The position numbers and the translations under genes are program-made. From positions 1 to 36,697 of the forward strand of contig CBDVDH010000040.1 of NCBI GenBank assembly GCA_965372715.1: DNA of 36,697 bases, given 5' to 3'. Positions 18,501 through 27,296 of this stretch are shown one piece after another; the first letter of the stretch is position 1, and every line of letters begins with the position of its first letter. The notes beneath the pieces were generated by a model, which was given only the letters and a program-made list of their open reading frames with translations, made no database searches and had not been told where the DNA came from. The DNA comes from an uncultured bacterium. GTDB lineage: Bacteria > B130-G9.

Positions 18501-20856
18501 AATCTCTCAGCGCGCGCCTGTAGTCAGACAGTAGCAGGTTTAGGTCCCCGCGCCGGCAATAGAGCTTTGTGCCGTATGTGTCTCTCGCTGAATCCGAAAG
18601 ACCCAGCGCAGTCGCGCTGAACAAGTCAATCGCCTCTTCGAGCAACTCGGCGGCCCGGAAATAACAGCCGCCCGACTGGAAGACCGCCGACAGCGACTCG
18701 AGAAACTCCAATGAGCTCTGGTCCCCATCGGACTTCGCCAGATGATAATTCAGGTTCAGGTGCGACGGGACCTCAGGGCCTTCTCCTGAAGACAGTTGTT
18801 CCCAATACTTAGCAGCCCTTTGATGGATTTCGAGGATCCTCTCGTCAGGGACAGAGCCGAGGCAAGCTTGCTTGAAAAGCTCGTGCCCGAAATCCACGAA
18901 GACGGACGAGCCAGCGTGCTGCCAGACCAGAATCCCCTTCCGACAAAGCTCGTCAATGCGATGTATTGTTCCTTGGTCGTCTGCGTCAAAGACGGCCTCG
19001 ATCAGGTCTAACTTTCTGAACGCTGGAAGTACTGCGACCGCCTCAAGTAGCTTCTTGGAAGCGGTATCCAGAGCAGACGTCATAGCTTCGGCCAAGTGCT
19101 CTGCGTTTGGAATCTCCTCGTGGCCATCAAGAGCTTCGAGATGTCCCGCGGACCCATCATCAACCGGTGTTGAAATGCCTTTTGTCGAGCATATCAATCT
19201 CGCGCCCGCGGCGAGCCACGCGGGGCGCCCGCCAAAACGGTCATATAGAAACGATGAGAAATCTCGAAGGGGTTTCCTGGAGCCCACAATCGATTCTACA
19301 AGAAGCCTTGCCGGGTCCTCTTCAAGCACATCCAGGTTGATCGTTTCTATGATCGCTCTGGAGCCTAGGACATCAATGGAAGCGAGCGGGGGCCTCTGAA
19401 AGCGCACATCTGGCCCTTTGAGTGAGGGGCCTTGTCGTCCAAAGTCAGGAACCGTCAAGACCACAAACAGCCCACCCTTTGTGCGAGTCTTTTTTCTCGC
19501 CTTTTCTGCTAGCTGCCGCATCAGCTCGCTCAAGAGAGAAGCACCCGGCCCCAAAATGCTGTGTGCATCGTCGAGAACGAATACCCAGAATTCGCCCTTC
19601 ACCAGGTCCATCATCGCCTGAAGCACCTTTCGCCGAAGCGCTTCGGCTCCGGCCGGAAGATTAACGCCGCACAGATGAACGCTGCGCCTCGCCGGTCGCT
19701 TCAACAGCTTCAAAAGATCTGCCCGAACCGCGTCCGCTAAGGCCAGTAGAGCCTGGCTACGGTCCCTGTCAACATGCTCGGCGGCAGTTTCAAGGAGCTG
19801 CAAAACGTTGCAATACGGGTTGAGCGCCAAGAGAAAGCAAGAAGACCGTGCGACACGATAACCTCTCTCTTCGCATTCAAAGAGAAACTCCTGAGCAATC
19901 CTCGACTTGCCTGAACCCGTCTCCCCGACGACCTTTGCCGCTCCTACGCCCCGCCGACGAGCGTCCTCCATCGCAGTATGCAATCGCTTGAGGACATCGT
20001 TGCGGCCCACAAACTCCGCGCAGAGCGCAAACGGCACTTTCTCGGGCGCCCGAATCGAACCAATCTGCTTGGTCCCCAGAACCGGTCGCAGTAACTCCAG
20101 GAGCTCTATGCAGGATTGGGGTCTTTGCGAAAGACGCGGGCTCGTTGTTTCAAGAATCAGGTTGAGGACGTCGGACTGAATGTTCTTTGCATGAGTTCTG
20201 AGCCATTCGCCCGCCGCCTCCCGGTCGTGTGAGAGCAGTCCGGCCAGCGCCTCGTTGTCAACTTGAAGTCCAGTGAATAGCCCGAAAGCTAAAAGGCCAA
20301 AGCCGTAGAAATCGGACCGCACGTCAGCAAGGCGAGTCCTTCTCAGCTCGGGGGCCCAATAGATGCGGCCCGATGTGTTCCTGGGCTCCCACTGCTTGTA
20401 ACCCCAGAAGCCGAGGTCCAGAAGGAACAGCTTGCCCTCATCCGCGTCATACAGCACGTTGTTGGGTTTCAGGGCGCCGTGGAACTCACCAGAGGAGTGC
20501 AGCTCTGACAGAGCCGAGAATAGACAGGCCAGAAGCTTGGGGCGGGAATTGCGCCGAGCGGCAATTGCTTTGCCAAATGGCAACCCAGGCACGAATTCGC
20601 TCTCGAAGAACAGGACCTTGTTCTTCTTGCAAATCGGGCCGACCTTGGGAACGAACGGTAGATCGATGTTGCTCAACTGTTCGTGGCTGCGAAGAAAGGC
20701 CAACTTCAACGAGGGGTCGCACGACTCCTCGTCAAGCGCCTTCAGCACGACCTTCTTGCCGCTCTTGCTGTCGGTCGCGGCAAAGGTCCCGAGCACGCCC
20801 TTGTCGGCGAGCTGGCTCGACAATATGTACCTACCCGGAAACCAAGAGGCATCCAT
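15586..20856 (-). CDS. Multidomain sigma-54 activator: degenerate Ser/Thr kinase, STAND/AAA ATPase, TPRs, GAF, AAA+ activator, Fis-type HTH
   Basis: VVLK, HGALKPNN, DLG, WAPE, SDFYGFG; FVGR, GETGSGKS, FVLDDAH; TPR runs; GETGTGKE, ELFGFEKGAFTGA, FLDEI, DLYYRL, WPGNVRELQN, GNVAQAARMAGLSRQNFYR. Confidence 0.92.
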   Translation of the reverse strand: MDASWFPGRYILSSQLADKGVLGTFAATDSKSGKKVVLKALDEESCDPSLKLAFLRSHEQLSNIDLPFVPKVGPICKKNKVLFFESEFVPGLPFGKAIAARRNSRPKLLACLFSALSELHSSGEFHGALKPNNVLYDADEGKLFLLDLGFWGYKQWEPRNTSGRIYWAPELRRTRLADVRSDFYGFGLLAFGLFTGLQVDNEALAGLLSHDREAAGEWLRTHAKNIQSDVLNLILETTSPRLSQRPQSCIELLELLRPVLGTKQIGSIRAPEKVPFALCAEFVGRNDVLKRLHTAMEDARRRGVGAAKVVGETGSGKSRIAQEFLFECEERGYRVARSSCFLLALNPYCNVLQLLETAAEHVDRDRSQALLALADAVRADLLKLLKRPARRSVHLCGVNLPAGAEALRRKVLQAMMDLVKGEFWVFVLDDAHSILGPGASLLSELMRQLAEKARKKTRTKGGLFVVLTVPDFGRQGPSLKGPDVRFQRPPLASIDVLGSRAIIETINLDVLEEDPARLLVESIVGSRKPLRDFSSFLYDRFGGRPAWLAAGARLICSTKGISTPVDDGSAGHLEALDGHEEIPNAEHLAEAMTSALDTASKKLLEAVAVLPAFRKLDLIEAVFDADDQGTIHRIDELCRKGILVWQHAGSSVFVDFGHELFKQACLGSVPDERILEIHQRAAKYWEQLSSGEGPEVPSHLNLNYHLAKSDGDQSSLEFLESLSAVFQSGGCYFRAAELLEEAIDLFSATALGLSDSARDTYGTKLYCRRGDLNLLLSDYRRALRDYAKALSFAQDARSIPDQCACNLRMAEVHRLTGELHRALEVLGEAKSVAAAHKDVRNQAMAAHAIGKAYWHQGKLNDALRSFNTALECAEEMKDESERGAILHNIGSVYWAQGNYERAKERFTQAKKICEKVGEEHMRAITLNSIGSTHAEQSETKLAMEHFSEALSVFQRLGDRRNMSTTLQNLASCLFWMGDIGPSLERIEDAISIKKIIGDIGGRSAALITRGEILREMGDYDGALSAHYEAFQTLMSQNEPLISDTALLQIGLDHLEFGAIESAFFSLELLLSRRDEIKPSTAVSAILGLARAHLEAGNRDKTVKLCNEVLSLLEGVRRPIEEASCLITLSRVHVRDERLHDAGDCLRRASSTIKELNSPFPQFQLYWALGDYHLKTNNLAESYTSYAHAASRLEALAATLPEDKQELFAKKRSLERFRMRWGAIRLELDEDAPGRTQPKDAWAGDEEVAASMVRVATGSTGMELIQASDIIISHLLAATPFERGCIAIRADSGRLRLTRALNKSGRVLDPKQLGGPASVSRHVNLTGTPVLTRRGAEKPDWLRDLDISGSIMCVPLCGKRERLGTIYLDSTELLEMPSDHPLLAVQSLERLATKMIEDAVLRERQNAYIKELVDRTRLLSGERGVPPMLVPGTTIRSEKASAFPELIGASERLLEVIREAVKIVKTDVTISITGETGTGKELLAQAIHRRSLRKDAPLLVINCGAIPRDLVEAELFGFEKGAFTGAHKQKRGRLEYGDKGTIFLDEIAELSLDMQVKLLRFLETKTIERIGGAGEIEIDCRIIAATNRNLETAVKDGSFREDLYYRLSVIHLELPPIREREDDILRLANHFLSLGKEKYNKRKKMFSVKAVERMMSHRWPGNVRELQNKVEKAILISTGNTITDADLGLIRREDSQIARLKEVKDGVEASRLKTALRASGGNVAQAARMAGLSRQNFYRLLKKHSLSLDEYRPSGRS

Positions 20857-21108
20857 TGGCGCAAAAGAATCTCCGCTTATCCAAAAAGACAGGTCGCACA
20901 GCTCGATGCTCGCATGGCGGACTTATCGAGCCAGGCTTCCTGCCTCTTTAGCCTCTGGTCAAAACACTGTCATAAAAAGTTACAACCCTGATCTATCGAA
21001 TGCAAGCATCATTTCCGGAGGCGTTTCCGATTTGCAGGAAGCATTCGGTGGGGCTTGCTTTCGCAATGCAGCGCAGGCATGCTTGGAATTAACGAAAGGA
21101 GTCGCGAC

Positions 21109-21387
21109 TTGTTTGGGATAGGGCTTACGGAGCTCTTGCTGGTCTTCGTGATAGCGTTGTTGTTCATTGGTCCGAAGAGGTTGCCGGGCTTTGCCAGGGG
21201 CATAGGCCGCGTGCTCGGCCAGCTCTCCGAGGTCTCGAGGCAATTCTACAGAGCGCTGACCGATGCCGCCAAAGAGCAGGATAGCGACGCCTCTTCGCGA
21301 CCTCCAGGTTGGTTCTCGGACGTTGCCCGCCCAGGTAGCTCAATCAAGGTTCGCGAACGCGTTGACGACGATGACACTGAGGACTAG
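21109..21387 (+). CDS. Twin-arginine translocase TatA/TatB family subunit
   Basis: AAGGAG then TTG; (M)FGIGLTELLLVFVIALLFIGPKRLP; the track start at 21055 is too long. Confidence 0.88.
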   Translation: MFGIGLTELLLVFVIALLFIGPKRLPGFARGIGRVLGQLSEVSRQFYRALTDAAKEQDSDASSRPPGWFSDVARPGSSIKVRERVDDDDTED

Positions 21388-21414
21388 CCGCCGGCTCGCG
21401 GCCTTTCCACTCGA

Positions 21415-23313
21415 TCATTGCGAACGGGCTGCCCTGTAAAGCACGAGCGCCAGACCCACAAACAACGCCAGCGACACTGGATTGCTCAGGATGCCCATCC
21501 ACTCGCCGCCGCCGAGGCCCATCTCGATGCCTGAATAGGCCAGGACAGCGAATAGGATGCCGATCAGCGCTCCGCCGGCGATCAGCCCCGAACTGAAGAG
21601 CACGCCATTCCCGCGCCGTTCCTTGAGCTGCTCTTTATCCTTTGTCCTCTCTATTGCGCTCTTGACCAGGGCGCCGACCATGATAGGCGTCGTCAGGCTG
21701 AGTGGCAGATAGAGACCGACCGCAAACGGCAAGGATGAGATGCCGAAGAGCTCCACCACTAGGGCGGCGAACGCGCCGATCATGACCAGCGCCCAGGGCA
21801 TCTGCCCCTGGAAGACGCCTTGAACGACCATCTTCATCAGCGTCGCCTGAGGCGCGGGCAGCGCTGCCGATCCTATGCCGTAGCCGTCGTGTAGTATGAA
21901 CAGCGTCCACCCAACGAACAAGGCGGAGGTCAAGACGCCCAGAAACTCCCCTACCTGCTGAAGCCGCGGCGTGGCCCCGACCAGAAAGCCGGTCTTTAGG
22001 TCCTGCGAAGTGTCCCCGGCGATGCAGATCGAGATGCAGACGACCGCCCCGACGCTGAGCGCCGCGACCATCCCAGCGTTGCCGCCGATGCCGAACAAGA
22101 CGAAGATCAGTGAAGTCCCCAGAAGCGTCGCTATCGTCATGCCGGACGCGGGATTCGATGAGCTGCCGAGAATCCCCACGATCCTCGAGGAAACCGTTAC
22201 AAAGAAGAAACTGAAGACAACGGTCAAGAAGCCCCCGACGAAGCCGATATTAACCTGCGGCAGGAGCCAGATTGCGATGCCCATGGCGATGGCCACGATT
22301 GCGACGAGCTTGAGCGAGAGGTCTCGCTCGGTCCGCAAGGTTTCACCTGTCTCTCTTTTCTTGTAGGCCTTGCCCAGGCCTAGCTTTACCGACGCGATGA
22401 CCGTTGGGATCGCCTTGATGAGGCTCATAATCCCCCCGACCGCCACCGCCCCGGCGCCGATATACCTTATGTAGTTGTTCCAGATATCCGCCGGGTCCAT
22501 CTGGGAGATCGGTACCGAGGCCGGGTAGATTGGCTCGCCGACCGTTGAGCCAAGCGCGTAAAACAGAGGGATGAACACCAGCCAGCCGAGTATCCCGCCG
22601 GACAGCATGTAAGCCGATATCTTAGGCCCGATGATGTACCCCACGCCTAAAAGGGCTGGCAGCGTGTCAACGCCGACCTGTGCGCCTCGTGGGACAGGCA
22701 GTTGCCAGCTCGGGGATTCCTTCCAGATTCCAAGCCCGTGCGGGTCCATCAGGAACTTATAGACGGCGCCCCACGCCACGCCGAAAAAGACCTTCTTGGC
22801 CTTAACGCCGCCTGTGTCCCCTGCCACGAGCACCTCGGCGCACGCCGTCCCCTCGGGATACGGCAGCTTCTTGTGCTGCGAGACGATCAGATAGCGCCTC
22901 AGCGGAATCATGAACAGCACGCCCAGCCAGCCGCCCAACAGGGCAAGCACCATGATCTTCAGGATGCCAACATCGACAACGCCGAGCAATATGATAGCAG
23001 GAATTGTGAAGATAACGCCCGCGGCGAGCGACTCGCCGGCCGAGCCGATCGTCTGAACCATGTTGTTCTCAAGCACCGTGCCTCGTCGCATCAGGCCCCG
23101 CAGTATCGCCATCGAGATGACCGCTACTGGGATTGAGGCGCTGACGGTCATGCCGACCTTCAGGCCCAGGTATGCGTTCGCGGCTCCGAACACTATCCCG
23201 AGCACCGCGCCCAGAATGATCGAGCGAATCGTAAACTCGGGAACACTCCGCCCCGCAGGAATATAAGGTCGGAACTCCTCCTCAGGTCCTAAGTGGTCAT
23301 TATCCTCTTGCAT
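21415..23313 (-). CDS. Oligopeptide transporter, OPT family
   Basis: AYLGLKVGMTVSASIP, ENNMVQTIGSAGES, LPYPEGTACAEVL, SSNPASGMTIATLL, QDLKTG, APQATLM; ATG at 23313 after GAGG. Confidence 0.95.
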   Translation of the reverse strand: MQEDNDHLGPEEEFRPYIPAGRSVPEFTIRSIILGAVLGIVFGAANAYLGLKVGMTVSASIPVAVISMAILRGLMRRGTVLENNMVQTIGSAGESLAAGVIFTIPAIILLGVVDVGILKIMVLALLGGWLGVLFMIPLRRYLIVSQHKKLPYPEGTACAEVLVAGDTGGVKAKKVFFGVAWGAVYKFLMDPHGLGIWKESPSWQLPVPRGAQVGVDTLPALLGVGYIIGPKISAYMLSGGILGWLVFIPLFYALGSTVGEPIYPASVPISQMDPADIWNNYIRYIGAGAVAVGGIMSLIKAIPTVIASVKLGLGKAYKKRETGETLRTERDLSLKLVAIVAIAMGIAIWLLPQVNIGFVGGFLTVVFSFFFVTVSSRIVGILGSSSNPASGMTIATLLGTSLIFVLFGIGGNAGMVAALSVGAVVCISICIAGDTSQDLKTGFLVGATPRLQQVGEFLGVLTSALFVGWTLFILHDGYGIGSAALPAPQATLMKMVVQGVFQGQMPWALVMIGAFAALVVELFGISSLPFAVGLYLPLSLTTPIMVGALVKSAIERTKDKEQLKERRGNGVLFSSGLIAGGALIGILFAVLAYSGIEMGLGGGEWMGILSNPVSLALFVGLALVLYRAARSQ

Positions 23314-23432
23314 CGCCTCGCCCTTTGGTCTCAAAATAAATTGAAAAAGCGGAGACATCATAGCAGAACGCGCCGAGAGGCCAAAGTGGTTCTCGGCGGG
23401 GCGCAGGCAGCAGTTACTGGAGGGCTTTGGCG

Positions 23433-24848
23433 ATGCCAACAACGCACAAGATAATCTTCGGCGATAGCCGCTGGATGACGGAGGTGGGCGATGAGTCGGT
23501 GCACCTCGTCGTTACCTCGCCGCCATACTGGCAGCTGAAGGACTATGGCTCGAAGGGGCAGATCGGGTTCGATGACTCCTACGAGGACTACGTGAACAAC
23601 CTGAACCTCGTCTGGAAGGAGTGCGAGCGTGTCCTGAGCAAGGGCTGCCGACTCTGCGTCAACATCGGCGACCAGTTCGCCCGCGCCGCATACTACGGCA
23701 GATACAAGGTCATCCCAATCCGCACCGAAATCGTCAAGATGTGCGAGGCGCTCGGGCTCGACTACATGGGCGCCATAATCTGGCAGAAGGTTACCACCTG
23801 CAACACGACGGGCGGCGCCTCAATCATGGGCTCATATCCCTATCCGCGGAACGGTATCATTAAGCTGGACTATGAATTCATACTCATCTTCAAGAAGCTC
23901 GGGGAACCGCCCGAAGTCTCGGACGACGCAAAGAAGGCCTCGAAGCTCAGTTTGGCCGAGTGGAACGACTACTTCTACGGCCACTGGAACTTCCCCGGCG
24001 AGCGAATAACGAAAGGCCCTTCTGCAAAGAAAAAGAAGACGCCTCGTCCGGGATTGCCGAACGTCTCGTCGCCGTTCGGGGATGGTTCGGGGTTTCAAGT
24101 TTCAGGTTCAAAGTTGAAAGCTCCAGGCTCGGGGCTTGATCCCCAATCCCCAATCCCCAATCCCCAATCGCTTGAGCACATCGCGCCGTTCCCGGAGGAG
24201 CTCCCCAAGCGGCTCATCAAGATGTTCACCTTCGTCGGCGACACGGTGCTCGACCCGTTCCTGGGCAGCGGCACGACGACGCTCGCGGCCAAGAACCTCG
24301 ACCGGAACTCAATCGGCTACGAGATCAATCCCGACTACCGCCCCGTCATCGAGCAGAAGACCGGAGCTCGGGAGGCAGCGACTTTTGGAGGTGAGTCGGC
24401 GTTTCAGTTTGTCTCTCAAGAAGGCCCACAGTCGGATCTGAAGGTCGCCGTAAAGGCGCTGCCATACGTGTTCAAGGACGTTGTCAAGATGACGCGAAAG
24501 ATCGATCCGCGCAGGAGGACCTACGGCTCGCGCATCAAGGCGGGTCAGGCGCCGGACGACCGGCTCCGCAAGGTGAAGCGCATCCTGGGGCCGTGGCTCT
24601 TGGAGCTGGACGACGAGACGATGGTCCACCTGATCGGCTACCGCCCGATCGAGCGCAAGGAGGCGGAGGTTACCGCCCTGCTCGAGGGGCTCACAAAGGG
24701 CAAGAAGGTCTATCTACGAGAGTCCAAGCGCTTTAAGTTCGACGACAAGGGCCGCCTCCTGGCCTACGTCTATCTCGACGACGACACCTTCGTCAACGCA
24801 GAGCTGATCAAGTCCGGACTTGTTGACATCGATACGACGTATGAGTGA
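23433..24848 (+). CDS. Amino (N4-C/N6-A) DNA methyltransferase, beta class, fused to a C-terminal thermonuclease (SNase)-like domain
   Basis: VTSPPY precedes DPFLGSGTT and GYEINP; H.APFPEEL; C-terminal HLIG...KGKKVYL...GRLLAYVYL.D.TFVNAELIKSG; GGAGG RBS. Confidence 0.88.
   Translation: MPTTHKIIFGDSRWMTEVGDESVHLVVTSPPYWQLKDYGSKGQIGFDDSYEDYVNNLNLVWKECERVLSKGCRLCVNIGDQFARAAYYGRYKVIPIRTEIVKMCEALGLDYMGAIIWQKVTTCNTTGGASIMGSYPYPRNGIIKLDYEFILIFKKLGEPPEVSDDAKKASKLSLAEWNDYFYGHWNFPGERITKGPSAKKKKTPRPGLPNVSSPFGDGSGFQVSGSKLKAPGSGLDPQSPIPNPQSLEHIAPFPEELPKRLIKMFTFVGDTVLDPFLGSGTTTLAAKNLDRNSIGYEINPDYRPVIEQKTGAREAATFGGESAFQFVSQEGPQSDLKVAVKALPYVFKDVVKMTRKIDPRRRTYGSRIKAGQAPDDRLRKVKRILGPWLLELDDETMVHLIGYRPIERKEAEVTALLEGLTKGKKVYLRESKRFKFDDKGRLLAYVYLDDDTFVNAELIKSGLVDIDTTYE
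24092..24169. repeat. Heptamer repeats inside the methyltransferase gene
   Basis: GTTTCAA GTTTCAG GTTCAAA GTTGAAA GCTCCAG at 24092-24126 and 4 x ATCCCCA at 24139-24166. Confidence 0.85.
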
Positions 24849-24944
24849 GCCTTCCATGCCGAGCGGCCCAACTTGACTATTATCTTGTGTGGGTCTTCGT
24901 GCGCCGTCAGCTCTAAGAAAAGCCGGGTGTCGTTGCGAATGATC

Positions 24945-26099
24945 TTAGGTGGCTGTATTCGCAACTTCAGGGAAAGTGACCGAATCGCTTCCGCTGAGGC
25001 CTCTTGCTGTCTCTGAGCTGAATCTAGCTACGCGAACTTGCTCGTCTTTTTCAAGTTCTTTCAAGGCTTTTCTATACTGGGGCTCAGTTACAGGGGTGTC
25101 CTCATAGGACTCTTCTATTATGTCCATAAACCGGACTGTCCGACCAGAAAACCGCCGTACCAAGTATTCCTTGAGGCTGCCGCTGTCCTCCTCAAAAAGC
25201 CTTAGCTGGTTACGATAATAGACATCCTCTGGCCCGAGGTACGCGAACATGCCCTTGGGCCCTTGTTTATGCATTATATCCTTCATAATCTTCAGCCCTC
25301 TGAAGTGGTTAGTGGCGTGGATGAGATAGTAAAGAGTCTCGCATCTGTCATCTGTACAGACACGAAATGCCCAAGCATGCTTCACCTTGGCGTCCTCTTT
25401 CAAACGTCTAATGTAGAAATCCCTTAGCGTCTGATGTTGCTTCCCTGGGTCACACCTTTCCAACAGCCGGCGCCAATCGCTGGTCCCAAACAATTCGTCG
25501 AATCTATGGCTAAGATCCTCGTGGCCGAGAAAACGATTGATGTCGCGGGTCATGAATGTGAAAAAAACCTCCGTCCGTTTCATCGAAAGGATCTTTTTGA
25601 CAAGATCAAAAGGCACCCCCTTGAAGCCAAACGGGTCGATGAAAAAGAAGGACGGGGCTATGTCGCCGCGCAGATTCTGCAAGATCTCGTGCACAACGGG
25701 TGCGAATTCCTGATTGCGGAGATCGACTTTGCAGGCATCCACGTTTTTCAGCCTTGTCTGTTCCCGCGTTACTACCGATTCCAGATTCCGGAAATTGTCC
25801 GGGTCTTTCTCAATCAGGAAGCAGACAAACTCAGCAAACATCGGCTTCTGCGGATCCTCCTTACTTCGTTCCAGGTACTCGTCCGCGAGCCGCAATGCGA
25901 TGACAGGCGAACCTGGGGTAGGCTCTCCCTCGACGACATATTCACCCCGTCCTGCAAACGTATCGAAATAACATATTCTCTTGTGCCATTTCCAAAGAAT
26001 CCTAATCCAGGCCCATAAGTACTTGGATAAGATTTCATGCTTGACCCTAGTATGTTGGCTGTATACCCACTTGTCTGGATCGCTGTCCTTCAGTGCCAA
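24945..26099 (-). CDS. tcmP: Three-Cys-motif partner protein TcmP (SAM-dependent methyltransferase-like fold)
   Basis: HT..KH.IL..YL.AW, YFDTFAGRG, GSP.IAL, IEKD, FFFIDPFG, YYLIHATNH.RG...MK; GAGGAGG-N7-TTG start. Confidence 0.85.
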   Translation of the reverse strand: MALKDSDPDKWVYSQHTRVKHEILSKYLWAWIRILWKWHKRICYFDTFAGRGEYVVEGEPTPGSPVIALRLADEYLERSKEDPQKPMFAEFVCFLIEKDPDNFRNLESVVTREQTRLKNVDACKVDLRNQEFAPVVHEILQNLRGDIAPSFFFIDPFGFKGVPFDLVKKILSMKRTEVFFTFMTRDINRFLGHEDLSHRFDELFGTSDWRRLLERCDPGKQHQTLRDFYIRRLKEDAKVKHAWAFRVCTDDRCETLYYLIHATNHFRGLKIMKDIMHKQGPKGMFAYLGPEDVYYRNQLRLFEEDSGSLKEYLVRRFSGRTVRFMDIIEESYEDTPVTEPQYRKALKELEKDEQVRVARFSSETARGLSGSDSVTFPEVANTAT

Positions 26100-26128
26100 G
26101 TCAGGTCCTCCTCATGACTTGCAGGGGA

Positions 26129-27136
26129 TTACCAAACACAGTTACATTTTATCTTCGTGTAGTCCATGCCGAGTGTATCCCACATTCTAACGGTTTCCTT
26201 GCAGAGGGCGATCTTGTCGTAGCTGTACTTGGTTCTTAGGGATTCGATCATTGCTTGATACATCTCGAGTCGGACCTGAAATGCGATTTTCTTGCCCCAA
26301 TTCGAGCGTTCAGAGAGATATTCCGTCCAAGACTTGTCTGAGCTGCCGTTTATTGTGCTCTGAAGTCCACGCAGTGATCCAAGCGTGATTCGCTCTGGCC
26401 GGAAACAGGAGAAGATGTTCTCCAGGAGGGTCAAGTATTTGTCCTCCCAATTGGGGACCGGAATGAGAGGGTCTATCCTCAAGCGTACCGTAAACGCATG
26501 CTTTGCCAAGCGCCTCGCTGCCTCAATTCTCTGAGGAACAGTTGGGGCTAACATCTCCCATTTCTCCGCCACACTCTCCGCGTTCAAACTAAAGCTGACA
26601 ATGACTTGATCATGACTTGGCAGTTCAAGCAGGTGTTCTATTCTATCCGATTTTGTCACAAGTAGCACTTTGTGGCGCTTCTGCGACTCGAACAACGGGG
26701 TGATGGATTTGACAAAGGATTCGGCACAGTTCTCCTGCATAAGTGAATCAGCGATCTCGCCTGTGTTCAGGATCTCGGGTGGGCTTGAACTCTTGAGGAA
26801 CGCGCGCACGTGTTGCTCGACCTTCTGCCTGTCCTTGAATCTGGGGCTGGTCTTGGTGGGCAAGAACCTGAATGTCCCCTTTAGATAGCACCACGCACAA
26901 TCGAACGGACAGCCGTAGGCCCACTTCAGCTCAAGGAAATGAGGGCACACCACATCAGCCGGTTTGCTTGGCAACGGTGTTTTGTCAAATCTGACGATAA
27001 TCGAACCATCAGCTACTCTGGCTACGAGGTCTCTGAAAGAATCATCGAGCCTCTGTAACCTGGAGAACACTACCTTCGGTGGGTGCGTTAGGGGGGAGGG
27101 GGATTGAGCCTGTAGTTTAAGGATCTTCAAGGACAT
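26129..27136 (-). CDS. Spore photoproduct lyase-like radical SAM protein
   Basis: GCPFDCAWCYL, TGEIADSL, LVTKS, SFSLN, RI.AA, RIDP, LCKET, C-terminal CNC; GGAGG-N7-ATG at 27136. Confidence 0.85.
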   Translation of the reverse strand: MSLKILKLQAQSPSPLTHPPKVVFSRLQRLDDSFRDLVARVADGSIIVRFDKTPLPSKPADVVCPHFLELKWAYGCPFDCAWCYLKGTFRFLPTKTSPRFKDRQKVEQHVRAFLKSSSPPEILNTGEIADSLMQENCAESFVKSITPLFESQKRHKVLLVTKSDRIEHLLELPSHDQVIVSFSLNAESVAEKWEMLAPTVPQRIEAARRLAKHAFTVRLRIDPLIPVPNWEDKYLTLLENIFSCFRPERITLGSLRGLQSTINGSSDKSWTEYLSERSNWGKKIAFQVRLEMYQAMIESLRTKYSYDKIALCKETVRMWDTLGMDYTKIKCNCVW

Positions 27137-27296
27137 CTCTTTTCCTCCGTTTGCCCTGTGCCTATTGGCAGATGATACCACTGAGCCCAAAAAATCCCGT
27201 AACAGGAGCGCCTGGCACCGGATGTCTTAAGATCACAAAAGAGAGAATAACAGGACGCCCGTTAAAAGCCAAACATCTGTGGGCGGGCCCAAACGG

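Noticed and set aside
21388-21410. Terminator between tatA/B and the OPT gene
   Set aside because: Only a 5-bp stem with a weak U-tract
26129-27136. Assigning splB (true spore photoproduct lyase)
   Set aside because: No sporulation context and a LolA-bearing diderm host; only family-level similarity can be supported
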